Shown here in pieces: positions 11,131 through 21,989 of a stretch of 64,000 nt of DNA (positions within the stretch are counted from its first letter, which is position 1; each line of letters opens with the position of its first letter). A program made the position numbers and the translations under genes. The stretch is from a virus. The stretch lies in IMG/VR virus record IMGVR_UViG_3300050343_000110. One strand, 5' to 3'. Below the pieces are notes generated by a model. That model saw only the letters and a list, made by a program, of their open reading frames with translations, did no database searches and was not told where the DNA came from.

Positions 11131-11547
11131 ATGCCACTAACAAGAATTAGTTCTACAGCGCTTGCCGCAAATAGTGTGGGAACATCAGAGATTACTGATG
11201 GTTCAGTTGCTAGTGCAGACCTTGGATCAAACCTTGCATTGTCTGGTACAGATTCAGTAACAGTTCCAAAAGGTACAACTGCACAAAGAGGTACAGGGGT
11301 AGACGGTAAATTTAGATTTAACACAACCACAAACTCTTTTGAGGGATACTCAAATAGTGCTTGGGGTTCTATCGGTGGTGGTGCAACTGGCGGTGGTACT
11401 GATGCAGTATTCTATGAGAACGATCAGGCAGTTACCACAAACTATACAATTACTGCAAGTCAAAATGCCATGGCGGCAGGGGTTATCACTGTAAATAGTG
11501 GTGTAACATTAACTGTACCTTCTGGTGCAAGATTGGTGGTAGTATAA
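11131..11547 (+). CDS. fibre adaptor protein
   Basis: PKGTTAQR, RFNTTTNSFEGY, FYENDQAVTTNYTI motifs. Confidence 0.6.
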   Translation: MPLTRISSTALAANSVGTSEITDGSVASADLGSNLALSGTDSVTVPKGTTAQRGTGVDGKFRFNTTTNSFEGYSNSAWGSIGGGATGGGTDAVFYENDQAVTTNYTITASQNAMAAGVITVNSGVTLTVPSGARLVVV

Positions 11548-12418
11548 TGGCAATTACTTTAGACGGAACAAATGGTGTAACCACGCCAGAACCTTACAGT
11601 AGATACTACTACAATAACGGTAGACATCCATCAAATAATCGTGTGGGGCATAGGAACTGCAAGCCCATCTAAAACTCTTCATGTATCTCTACCAAGTGGT
11701 AGTGGTGCAACAGCAACAACTGGCTCAGTTGCAATTATTGATGGTAATGACAATACAGAATTAAGTATATTAGGTGGTAGTTCATCTGTTCTTGGAATAA
11801 ACTTTGGTCATAGTGGTGACAATAATGATGGAATTATTAATTATAATACCACTAATGGCAGTGAAACTATGGGTTTCACAGTCAATGCAACTGAACGTAT
11901 GCAAATCCGTCAAGATGGTAAAATAAGTATTGGTGGAGCTCCATATGCTTCCAGTGCCTTTTCTGCTATAAATTTACCATCACAAGGTATTAATATAATC
12001 AACGCCGACACTAATGGTCATTTCAGAGCAATTTATCAATCCGGCGACCCAAAATACTTATTTCACAAATGGTTCTGTTCAAGCATATTTGTCTAGTAGC
12101 GGCGCTTGGACTAACGCATCAGATATTGCATATAAAAAAGATATTACTGATGCTACTTACGGAATTGATGCTGTCAAAGATATGAAGCCTCGTTTTTACT
12201 ATATGAAAGACGAATCAATTGAAGATACTACTCGTAACATTGGATTCATTGCACAAGAGTTAGAAACTGTAGTGCCAGAAGTTGTGAGTGGTGATGACGG
12301 TTCAAAGGGTGTAAATTATGGACATTTGACAGCGGTATTGACTAAAGCATTACAAGAGGCTATTGCTGAAATCGAAACATTGAAAACTAAAGTTGCAACA
12401 TTAGAATCTAAAGAGTAA
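11547..12418 (+). CDS. tail fibre with C-terminal intramolecular chaperone (peptidase S74-like); indels
   Basis: GIGTASPS..LHV fibre repeat; SDIAYKKDI cleavage motif, GFIAQELE, VNYGHL and a terminal coiled coil. Confidence 0.7.
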
Positions 12419-12445
12419 TAAATAAATTAAACAGGATAATAACAG

Positions 12446-13144
12446 ATGAGTAAAATTGCACTATCCCCAAATGCGAGTGGTTCTGGAACAGTAACTATTA
12501 CTGCTCCAAATACGAACACGAATAGGACTATTGCGCTTCCTGATGAATCAGGAACATTGTTATCTAGTGGAAGTGCCTTGCCCGCTATTGACGGCTCTGC
12601 ATTGACAGGAGTTGGTAAGGTATCAGTTATAAGCAGTTCCGATACTGGTGCTAGTAATGTTGCCAATCTTGAAATTGATTTACCTACAGATTCAAAATAT
12701 AGATATTTTCAATTAGTGATTACTGGTGCTTGGGGTGGTGGTGGTGACCCTTATATGAGATTCAGAAAGTCTGGTGACAGTACTTTTGATTCATCATCCA
12801 ACGCATACAATTGGATTATGAACTCTGTACACCACGGTACAAATTCATCGGCAAAGAGGTCATCTAATGGTGACAATTATGCAAGATTGGGATGGTATAC
12901 GATGGGTAATGCCGCTACCGAAACAAGCACTTGGATGTTTGAATTTTTTGCAACTAATACCAATAAAAGGTCATATGCTTATTTCAGAAGATATGGTGTA
13001 GATACAAGCAATGACCAGACAGCAGATATGGGTGGGTTTAGACACAATGGCCATGAGGGTGTAGTGGACAGACTTAGATTTTACCAAGCCAGTGGAAATA
13101 TATATTATGATACCTATACACTATATGGTATTGAAAAGGATTAA
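12446..13144 (+). CDS. fibre-tip protein
   Basis: MSKIALSPNASGSGTVTITAPNTNTNRTIALPD adaptor; ends TLYGI. Confidence 0.55.
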   Translation: MSKIALSPNASGSGTVTITAPNTNTNRTIALPDESGTLLSSGSALPAIDGSALTGVGKVSVISSSDTGASNVANLEIDLPTDSKYRYFQLVITGAWGGGGDPYMRFRKSGDSTFDSSSNAYNWIMNSVHHGTNSSAKRSSNGDNYARLGWYTMGNAATETSTWMFEFFATNTNKRSYAYFRRYGVDTSNDQTADMGGFRHNGHEGVVDRLRFYQASGNIYYDTYTLYGIEKD

Positions 13145-13147
13145 GGT

Positions 13148-13435
13148 ATGAAAAAATCATTAAACGGTATAACAGTTGAAATGACTGCTGAGGAAGAAAA
13201 AGAATTCTTGGCAGGATTACCTTCTGATTCAGAAATTGCTGCTAATAAACTAGTGGTGTTAAGAGACGAAAGAAACGCTAAACTCGCAGAATGTGATTGG
13301 ACACAAACAGCAGATAGTTCTTTGAGTGACTCAGAAAAGACAGCGTGGGTAACATATAGAACTGCCCTTAAAGACATAACTAAAACGTATCAATCTACAG
13401 AAGATGATGGATTTAGTTGGCCGGAGAAACCATAA
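13148..13435 (+). CDS. tail fibre assembly chaperone-like protein
   Basis: LRDERNAKLAECDWTQ...YRTALKDIT...WPEKP. Confidence 0.75.
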   Translation: MKKSLNGITVEMTAEEEKEFLAGLPSDSEIAANKLVVLRDERNAKLAECDWTQTADSSLSDSEKTAWVTYRTALKDITKTYQSTEDDGFSWPEKP

Positions 13436-14043
13436 TGAGTGAAATAAAAGTAGACACCCTATCAACCGTTAGTGGTTCTGGCAACCTTACTGTAAGTAAT
13501 AATATCGTTGGTTCTGGCACGATTAGTGGAACAAACCTTACTGCATCTGGAACACTTACATCAACTGGATTAATTACTGCAAGTGCTGGTGTCGCAATTG
13601 GTGGAACTGGTGCTGTTAACACCCTTGACGATTATGAAGAAGGCACATTTACTCCAGTTCTTACTAGGTGGACAAGTGATATGACATTTACTGGAAGTCC
13701 ACACAGCCGAACTGGAAAGTATACAAAAATTGGCAAGCTTGTGCAGATAAATTTTTATATTCAATGGGCAACATCAGCAGTATCCAGCGCTGGTTCTGGT
13801 GGATGGAGAATCACTGGTTTACCTTTCAGTAATTATGAAACAAATAGTATTAACTTTCTGCCACTTGGTTATCACTATGATGGTATTGACAGTAAAGGAG
13901 AATCTACAACTGGAAAATCTGCAAGATTACAAGTAAATTACTCAAGTGGAATTCTAGATATGTATAGTCAAAATTCTACTTCATACGGAACATCTGGTTC
14001 TTGGTTTATTATTAGCGCCTGTGGTACATTACGTCTTGCATAA
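13435..14043 (+). CDS. fibre-tip protein
   Basis: NTLDDYEEGTFTP, GKYTKIGKLV, ITGLPF motifs. Confidence 0.65.
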   Translation: MSEIKVDTLSTVSGSGNLTVSNNIVGSGTISGTNLTASGTLTSTGLITASAGVAIGGTGAVNTLDDYEEGTFTPVLTRWTSDMTFTGSPHSRTGKYTKIGKLVQINFYIQWATSAVSSAGSGGWRITGLPFSNYETNSINFLPLGYHYDGIDSKGESTTGKSARLQVNYSSGILDMYSQNSTSYGTSGSWFIISACGTLRLA

Positions 14044-14094
14044 ATAACTTTATACCTCTAGTGGATGCTAGGGGCGGACAAAAGGAGAAAAATA

Positions 14095-14361
14095 ATGGCG
14101 ATTACAAAACGTACAGAACAAGATAAAATTGAAGTAGTAGGCGAGTTCAAGCACATTCAAGTGAGAACTGCTACTGTTATTGAAGAAGATGGTGTAGAAC
14201 TTTCTAGAAGTTTCCACAGACATACTGTTGATAAAGAACCAGATGCAGATTCATCTGGTGAAAGTGCAGATGTAAAGGCAATGGTTGCACAGTTTCATAC
14301 TGATACAGTCAAAGCTGCATATGCAAAACATCTAGAAGATAATAAACCATCTGAAGAGTAA
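14095..14361 (+). CDS. conserved fibre-associated small protein
   Basis: DKIEVVG..HIQVRTATVIEEDGVELSRSFHRH; AAGGAG RBS. Confidence 0.55.
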   Translation: MAITKRTEQDKIEVVGEFKHIQVRTATVIEEDGVELSRSFHRHTVDKEPDADSSGESADVKAMVAQFHTDTVKAAYAKHLEDNKPSEE

Positions 14362-14380
14362 TCAACTCTAAAGTTATGTT

Positions 14381-16031
14381 ATGCAGAATTATGATCATTA
14401 CCTTGGAAACCCTCTACTAAAGAAATCTAATGTTCCTGTAGAGTGGACAAAAAAACAAATCCTTGAATATCAGAAGTGTATGGAAAATCCCATATACTTC
14501 ATTAAGAACTACATCAAGATTGTGTCTCTTGATGAAGGACTTGTGCCGTTCAAGATGTATGACTTCCAAGAAGATATCGTAGACACAATTCATAACGACA
14601 GATTCACTATATGTAAGATGCCAAGACAGTCTGGTAAATCCACGACTATGGTATCTTACATTCTTCACTACGTTCTATTCAACCCTAACATGAATGTTGC
14701 AATCCTTGCCAACAAGGCTGCGACTGCACGAGACATTCTTGGTAGACTGCAACTTGCATACGAGAACCTTCCTAAGTGGTTACAACAAGGGAGTGGTATC
14801 TTGGAACAAGGGTTCGGTAGACTTAGAGAATGGTAGTAGGGTGGTTGCATCCTCAACATCTTCATCTGCTGTTCGTGGTGGTTCTTACAACATGATATTC
14901 TTGGACGAATTTGCATTCGTTCCAACTAACGTGGCAGAGGACTTTTTCAGTTCTGTGTATCCTACAATCTCATCTGGTAAAACTACAAAGGTTATTATTG
15001 TATCAACACCTAACGGTATGAATCTTTTCTACAAGTTATGGGTGGATGCAGAGAATAAAAGAAACTCGTATAATATCATAGATGTTCACTGGAGTCAAGT
15101 GCCAGGCCGAGATGAGAAGTGGCGAACAGAAACAATCGCAAACACTTCAGAAGAACAGTTCAGAAGAGAGTTCGACTGTGAGTTCCTTGGTTCTGCAAAC
15201 ACACTGATTGCCCCTGCAAAGATTAAGTCAATGGCATTTCATAATCCTATTCAGTCAAACGCTGGATTGGATATGTATGAGAAACCAAAAGAAGGTGGTA
15301 CATACGTTGTGGTTGCTGACGTGGCCAGAGGAACGAACAACGACTACTCTGCATTTATTGTTTTTGATGTAAGTACAGTTCCTTATAATATTGTTGCAAA
15401 GTATCGTAACAACGAAATCAAACCTCTACTGTTTCCTAACATTATCTATGATGTATCTAAGGCATACAACGAAGCATACGTTATGGTTGAGGTAAATGAT
15501 ATCGGTGAACAGGTTGCAACTGCACTACAGTTTGACTTAGAGTATGACAACCTTATTATGGCAAGTATGCGAGGTCGTGCAGGTCAAGTCGTTGGAGGCG
15601 GTTTTAGCGGTGGAAAAGCCCAACTTGGGGTAAGGACAACAAAAGCGGTAAAAAGACTAGGATGCTCCAATCTAAAGCAGATTGTAGAGACAGACAAGTT
15701 AATTATCAATGATTATGACTTAATCAATGAGTTCTCAACCTTTATTCTTAAAGGACAATCATATGAAGCAGAAGAAGGACACACAGATGACCTTGCAATG
15801 TGTTGTGTATTGTTTGCATGGTTAGTAGAACAAACATATTTTAAAGAGTTGACAGATGATGATATTCGTGCTAGAATGTTCTTGGAACAACAACACCAAC
15901 TAGAACAGGACATGGCCCCATTTGGATTTTTTGATGATGGGTTGGGAGATGTCGATGACGCTCCAACTATGATTGATGAGTACGGAACGAGATGGAGTCC
16001 AGTGGTTCGTTCCTATGATTCAGATTGGTAG
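14381..16031 (+). CDS. gp17: terminase large subunit gp17 (indel near 14790)
   Basis: YLGNPLLK, Walker A PRQSGKST, Walker B IFLDEFAF, STPNG, nuclease DVARG...DDLAM. Confidence 0.96.
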
Positions 16032-16045
16032 AAAACATTAAAACC

Positions 16046-16345
16046 CTACATAATATCAATAATATCATTCTCTAATTTTAGAAAGCAATTTGAACAAACA
16101 ACTTTAGATTTACTTATGTAATCATTTACTTCAGTTCTAGAGTGTTCATTTAAACCTTTTCTTTTAGTAAGAGAACGTATTTTCCTCTCGTGAGGATAAA
16201 ATTGGAGACAGGCAGTTTCAGATTCCCCACAGTAACCACAGGTTTTGTTCCCAAGATATTCATTTACCCATATCTTGCGAGCCCTGTAGTTACGTTTAGA
16301 AACCTTTTTAATGGTTTCTTTGTATTTCTGATAGTGTTCTGACAT
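16046..16345 (-). CDS. HNH-like zinc-finger protein, apparently degenerate
   Basis: CGYCGE...VVCSNC; has its own minus-strand TATAAATA at 16351-16358. Confidence 0.55.
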   Translation of the reverse strand: MSEHYQKYKETIKKVSKRNYRARKIWVNEYLGNKTCGYCGESETACLQFYPHERKIRSLTKRKGLNEHSRTEVNDYISKSKVVCSNCFLKLENDIIDIM

Positions 16346-16350
16346 AGATA

Positions 16351-16358
16351 TATTTATA
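16351..16358 (-). promoter_or_regulatory. T4-type late promoter (minus strand)
   Basis: TATTTATA on + strand, 5 nt upstream of the ATG at 16345. Confidence 0.6.
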
Positions 16359-16399
16359 TGTAAACAAACCTATAAAAAACTAGTGTAGAATGAGATTTT

Positions 16400-16407
16400 T
16401 ATAAATA
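16400..16407 (+). promoter_or_regulatory. T4-type late promoter TATAAATA
   Basis: Exact consensus upstream of gp18. Confidence 0.8.
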
Positions 16408-16459
16408 TTGATGTAAGTTTGGAAACTTTATATTAATGAACCCATAAGGAGAAAAGAAA

Positions 16460-18508
16460 ATGGCATTTCAAGTATCGCCTGGCGTTCTAGTCAAAGAAAT
16501 TGATTTGACCAATATTGTTCCAGCAGTATCCACCTCTATAGGTGCGATGGCAGGTAGCTTTAACAAAGGCCCTGTCGGAGAAGTTACTGCAATTAGTTCG
16601 GAACAACAATTGGTATCAGTTTTTGGCACGCCCGACTCAAATAACTTTGAGAACTGGTTTACTGCCGCCAACTTCCTACAGTATGGCAATGCATTGAGAA
16701 TAGTACGAGCAGAAATGGCTGGTATGAAAAATGCAGCAGTAGGAACACCAGAACTAGTAAAAAATAATACGGATTATGATGATAGCATCTTTAATGCTAC
16801 AGCGCCCGGCAGTGGTAAAGCCTCTGTGGGTGAGTGGATTGCAAAAGAAGCCGGAATAGAAGGAAACTCTCTCGGCGTATCAATGTGTACGAATGCAACA
16901 GCATTTGAACAAAACTTCACAGGAAACGCTGGTACACTTGGCGTAACAACTGGAACAACTGCCGCTGGTGCAACTACTGTCGGTGTTGACAATGGTGGTG
17001 GTTCTGCTGGTGCCGGTGGAGCTGCATTTAATGTAGGTGACATTGTTCACTTCCAAGAAGCAGATGGAACAGAGTACGAGATTACTGCTATTTCAACTGA
17101 CAATCTAACAATCAGACAACTAGACAATCCTAACGGTGGTGGAGTTAAAACTGCACTTGCAGCTGCGACTAATGTTCGTAGACGTTGGAAGTTTTATGAC
17201 CAAGTAGATGCTGCCCCAGGCTCATCCACATGGGCAACAGGCAAAAACCTAACTGCTGATGAAATCCATGTTGTTGTTTATGACACAACAGGAGAAATTA
17301 CTGGTTCTAAGTATGGTACTGCTGGTGGTAGAGCTGGTTCTGTGGTAGAGGTATATCCTTTCGTATCACAGGCATTAGATGCCAAAACTGCACAAGGTGG
17401 CACTAACTATTATGTGAATGTTATCAATACTGCATCACTTTATATCAGATGGGGTACACACACTGCATCTTTGAGTGAGGCAGGAGATACCGCTTCAACA
17501 AGAGCCGCAGGCGATTCTACATTTGCATCAACTGCTGGTAAAGGTGGAGTTATTACAGACGTACTGGCTGGCGGTGTATTAACAACTAACTCAGGTAGTG
17601 TTCCATCAGTTGGTGAACTAGATACTGCATATCAATTCTTTGCAGACTCAGCAACAGTTGACATTAACCTAGTAATGGCCGGTTCAACTGAAGTTGGAGC
17701 ATCAGGAGCAGATGGTGTAACTCATGCAACTAACGTCATTGACCTTGTAGAGGCAAGAAAAGATTGTATCTGTTTCATCTCACCTACTAGATCAGATGTT
17801 GTAAGTATTCCATCATCAATCACACAAACTGCAAACGTCAAAGGTTTCTTTGATGGCCAACTTGCAAGTTCTTCATATGCAGTATTCGATAGTGGATACA
17901 AGTATATGTACGACAGATATAATGATGTGTATCGTTTTGTTCCACTGAATGGTGATGTTGCCGGTTTGGCCGCATATACTGACCAAGTTGCAGACGCATG
18001 GTTCTCACCTGCCGGACTCAACAGAGGTCAAATTCGTGGTGCAGTGAAACTTGCATTCAACCCAAACAAGGCACAGAGAGACATTCTTTACCCTGCTAGA
18101 ATTAACCCAGTTATTTCTGAGGCAGGACAGGGAACATTCCTCTTTGGTGACAAGACTGCGCTTTCAAGACCTTCTGCATTTGACAGAATCAATGTTCGTA
18201 GATTGTTCCTTGTTCTTGAGAAAGCAATTGCAAATGCAGCCAAGTTCCAACTCTTTGAGTTCAACGATGACTTCACAAGAGCACAGTTCAAGAACTTAAT
18301 TGAGCCATTCTTGAGAGATGTGCAAGGACGTAGAGGTATCACAGACTTTAAAGTAATCTGTGATGATACAAACAACACAGGTGAGGTTGTTGACAGAAAC
18401 GAGTTTATTGGTGACATTTACATCAAACCAGCCCGTTCTATTAACTTCATCACACTGAACTTCATCGCCGTAAGAACTGGCGTTGAGTTCTCAGAGATAG
18501 CAGGATAA
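16460..18508 (+). CDS. gp18: tail sheath protein gp18
   Basis: SPGVLVKEIDLT, WFSPAGLNRG, FDRINVRRLF, IYIKPARSINFI. Confidence 0.97.
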   Translation: MAFQVSPGVLVKEIDLTNIVPAVSTSIGAMAGSFNKGPVGEVTAISSEQQLVSVFGTPDSNNFENWFTAANFLQYGNALRIVRAEMAGMKNAAVGTPELVKNNTDYDDSIFNATAPGSGKASVGEWIAKEAGIEGNSLGVSMCTNATAFEQNFTGNAGTLGVTTGTTAAGATTVGVDNGGGSAGAGGAAFNVGDIVHFQEADGTEYEITAISTDNLTIRQLDNPNGGGVKTALAAATNVRRRWKFYDQVDAAPGSSTWATGKNLTADEIHVVVYDTTGEITGSKYGTAGGRAGSVVEVYPFVSQALDAKTAQGGTNYYVNVINTASLYIRWGTHTASLSEAGDTASTRAAGDSTFASTAGKGGVITDVLAGGVLTTNSGSVPSVGELDTAYQFFADSATVDINLVMAGSTEVGASGADGVTHATNVIDLVEARKDCICFISPTRSDVVSIPSSITQTANVKGFFDGQLASSSYAVFDSGYKYMYDRYNDVYRFVPLNGDVAGLAAYTDQVADAWFSPAGLNRGQIRGAVKLAFNPNKAQRDILYPARINPVISEAGQGTFLFGDKTALSRPSAFDRINVRRLFLVLEKAIANAAKFQLFEFNDDFTRAQFKNLIEPFLRDVQGRRGITDFKVICDDTNNTGEVVDRNEFIGDIYIKPARSINFITLNFIAVRTGVEFSEIAG

Positions 18509-18519
18509 GGAGAGAAAAA

Positions 18520-19041
18520 ATGGCAACAATTGATCAATTTAAAGCTCAACTTATCGGTGGTGGTGCAAGAGCAAACCAATTCAGAGTTATTCTGAATACA
18601 CCGCCAGGAATTGCAACTGGTTTACCATTGGGAACTTCATCGTTCTTTATTAAGGCAGCAAGTTTGCCTGGCCAGACAATCCCTGAAATTACTGTGAACT
18701 TCAGAGGACGCCAGTTGTTCCTCGCTGGTGACAGAACATTTGAAACATGGACAACTACTATTCTTAACGATACCGATTTTGCAATCAGAAACGGTATGGA
18801 AAGATGGATGAACGGTATCAACGACCTTGATACTAATACTGGTGTTACTAATGTTACTGACTATACTGCCGATATGGTAGTACAACAACTTGACAGAGAT
18901 GATACTGTACTAAAACAGTACACTCTAACTAGTTGTTGGCCACAGGCACTTGCTCCGATTGAACTGAGCATGGACACAGTAAGTGATATTGAAACCTTTG
19001 ATATTACATGGCGTTATACGTCATTTAATGCAGGCGTATAA
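18520..19041 (+). CDS. gp19: tail tube protein gp19
   Basis: GGGARANQF, AGDRTFETWTTT; synteny. Confidence 0.95.
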   Translation: MATIDQFKAQLIGGGARANQFRVILNTPPGIATGLPLGTSSFFIKAASLPGQTIPEITVNFRGRQLFLAGDRTFETWTTTILNDTDFAIRNGMERWMNGINDLDTNTGVTNVTDYTADMVVQQLDRDDTVLKQYTLTSCWPQALAPIELSMDTVSDIETFDITWRYTSFNAGV

Positions 19042-19093
19042 TCTAGTTTTACAAACCGACTAAATAGTTGGGTAAAATTAGGAGAACTATAGT

Positions 19094-20612
19094 ATGGCTG
19101 AACTTTTTGGTTTCAGAATCACACGAGCAGACAAAGGGAGTGGTGATGGTTTCACCGCTCCCCCTTCTGATGATGGCACACTTGATATTGTATCAGGCGG
19201 TGGACATTATGCATCTGTGCTTGACATGGATGGGCGTGATAAAAATGAACTTGACTTAATTAGAAGATATCGTGATATTGCACAACAACCAGAGTGTGAT
19301 AGTGCAATTGAAGATATCGCAAACGAAGCGATTGTCTCAGATGAAAGAGATAAATCAGTTTCACTTTCCCTTGATAGACTAGACCTTTCCAGAAATATTA
19401 AATCAAAAATTCGTGAAGAATTCGATGAAGTTTTGCGTTTGATGGACTTCAATGCAAAAGGACATGATATTTTTAGGCGCTGGTATGTGGATGGACGTAT
19501 CTATTATCATAAGGTAATTGATACAAAGGCTCCACGAAAGGGTATTAAAGAATTACGTTACATCGACCCCTCGTAAGATTAAGAAGGTTAGAGAACAAAG
19601 AAAAGAAAAAGATCCAAAGACAGGTATGGACTTGGTAAAGGATATTGAAGATTTTTACCTTTACAATGAAAAGGGATTAGATCAAAATACTGGAACTACC
19701 AGTGGTGTAAAGATTACACAAGATTCTGTTTCATATTGTCCTTCAGGTGTTGTAGATATGCACAGAGGAACAGTCCTCTCTTATCTGAATAAAGCAATTA
19801 AACCTGTCAATCAGTTGCGTATGATTGAAGATGCGTTGGTTATCTATCGTATCTCTCGTGCGCCTGAAAGACGTATCTTCTACATTGATGTAGGTAACTT
19901 ACCTAAAGTCAAAGCAGAAGCATACTTGAAAGACGTAATGAATCGTTATCGGAACAAGTTGGTGTATGATGCACGAACTGGCGAAATTCGTGACGATAGA
20001 AATCATATGTCTATGTTGGAAGATTTTTGGCTACCTCGTAGAGAAGGTGGTAGAGGTACAGAGATTACAACTTTGCCGGGCGGTTCAAACCTTGGTGAGA
20101 TTGATGATATCAAGTACTTCCAAAACAAATTATATCGTTCATTAAATGTTCCTATCTCAAGACTTGAGGCAGAGAACTCATTCAGTATTGGACGTTCTGA
20201 TAACATTACTCGTGACGAACTGAAGTTTACAAAGTTTGTACAGAAGCTTCGTAAGAAGTTTTCAGTATTGTTTATGGATATTCTAAAAACACAGTTGGTT
20301 CTCAAAGGTGTTATTGCAATGGAAGAATGGGATATGATGAAAGAACATATCCAGTTTGACTTTATGCAAGACGGACACTTTACAGAGTTGAAGAATGCAG
20401 AAATTCTACAGAACCGTTTAGATATGCTCGGACAAATTGAAAGTTATGTGGGTACATACTTCTCTAAAGAATATGTACGCAAACAAGTTCTTCGTATGAA
20501 TGATGAAGAAATTGAAGAAGTTGAAAACCAAATTAAAGATGAAGAAGGTGGTGAAATGGGTGGAGATGACGATGGTATGTTTGCACATAATGACCCCCTC
20601 AAAAGGAGATAA
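19094..20612 (+). CDS. gp20: portal protein gp20 (indel near 19568)
   Basis: FRRWYVDGR, YRISRAPERRIFYIDVGNLP, EDFWLPRREGGRGTEI. Confidence 0.96.
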
Positions 20613-20792
20613 ATGATGGACACAGTAAAAGATTTTGTTAGCGCTATTGGAGATGGAGATAATCTCTCAGCAGAGACACATTTCAATAATGCACTTGCAG
20701 CCAAAGTTGGTGACGCATTAGAAACAAAAAGACAGGACGTTGCAAAAACATTTGTAACTCACCATGTACCAGAGGTAGAAGATAGTGAGTAA
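20613..20792 (+). CDS. small prohead core protein (gp67-like)
   Basis: 59-aa ORF read by hand (MMDTVKDFVSAIGDGDNLSAE...) with AGGAG RBS, immediately after gp20. Confidence 0.55.
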   Translation: MMDTVKDFVSAIGDGDNLSAETHFNNALAAKVGDALETKRQDVAKTFVTHHVPEVEDSE

Positions 20793-21033
20793 ACCTTTTT
20801 CTCAGTTCGCACAAGAACTACCAGAAAAGGATGAACACAAATCATCTAAGGAGTATAAGAAGTTATCTCCTAAGATGAAAGAAGCTGTTGACGCTATTTT
20901 TAAGGAAATGGATTCTAAACCCTCAGATTTCCTAAATACTTTTGACAAAACAATAAATAGTGTTTCAAAGAAGTTCAAAGTTCCGCCAAAGAAACTTATG
21001 GATTATTTTGAGGCAGAAGTACTATCAATATAG
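20785..21033 (+). CDS. hypothetical head-region protein
   Basis: ORF between gp20 and gp21. Confidence 0.5.
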   Translation: MSKPFSQFAQELPEKDEHKSSKEYKKLSPKMKEAVDAIFKEMDSKPSDFLNTFDKTINSVSKKFKVPPKKLMDYFEAEVLSI

Positions 21034-21043
21034 GAAGAGTAAC

Positions 21044-21293
21044 ATGAAAATAATCGGAGCAGAAGAAGCACTGGCCACTGGAGCAACTAAGGGTAAAACC
21101 GCTACTGCACATTATGTATTCAATAATGGTTCAAAGGCGGCAGTTACAATTAGAAACGCTGCAGATGATGGCGATACAGGCTCAATAAGAATTAATGCAA
21201 ACTCTGGTGTTATTATCCATACAGATATTGGGGGTCGGAATGCGTGGTGCAACCGATTTTAAAATTACCCCAATAGTTTCGGCGGGGTTCTAA
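21044..21293 (+). CDS. hypothetical protein (indel near 21230)
   Basis: MKIIGAEEALATG...; RBS; ends just before gp21. Confidence 0.45.
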
Positions 21294-21294
21294 C

Positions 21295-21943
21295 ATGAAA
21301 CTTATTGCAGAACAGATACAAGAAGTAGAATACATCACTGAAGATAAAGACGGTGGTGGTAAAGATATGAAGATTCGTGGAATCTTTATGCAGGCTGACC
21401 AGAAAAACAGAAATGGTCGTGTCTATCCAATGGGCGTACTTACTAAAGAAGTCGCTCGGTATAACAAAGAATTTGTTGCTGAAGGTCGTGCGTTTGGGGA
21501 ACTTGGACATCCAGAAGGCCCTACTGTCAATCTTGACAGGGTATCGCACATGATCACAAAACTTGAAGCTAATGGAAAGAACTTCGTTGGTGAGGCAAAA
21601 TTGTTGTCTACTCCTATGGGGGAAATTGCGAAAGCACTAATCAAAGACGGTGGTAAACTTGGTGTCTCTTCTAGAGGCATGGGTTCACTAGAAAACAAAG
21701 GTGGTGCAAATTATGTGAAAGACGATTTCTATCTCGCAACTGCGGCAGATATCGTTGCAGACCCCTTCTGCGCCTCAGGCCTTCGTTGAGGGCATTATGG
21801 AAGGTAAGGAATGGGTGTGGGATAATGGTATTCTCAAAGAAGTTGAGATTGCTGGAATCAAAGATGAGATCAATGAAGGTGTAAGACGTAAACAGGAAAA
21901 TGTTTCCGCCCTTGCATTTGCAAAGTTCTTGTCAAAACTTTAA
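21295..21943 (+). CDS. gp21: prohead protease gp21 (indel near 21762)
   Basis: NRNGRVY, GELGHP, GVSSRGMGS, DIVADP-SAP. Confidence 0.95.
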
Positions 21944-21947
21944 TCAT

Positions 21948-21955
21948 TATAAATA
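21948..21955 (+). promoter_or_regulatory. T4-type late promoter TATAAATA
   Basis: Upstream of gp22. Confidence 0.75.
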
Positions 21956-21989
21956 TGATAAGACAAACAAAACTCAAGGAGAAATCCCT

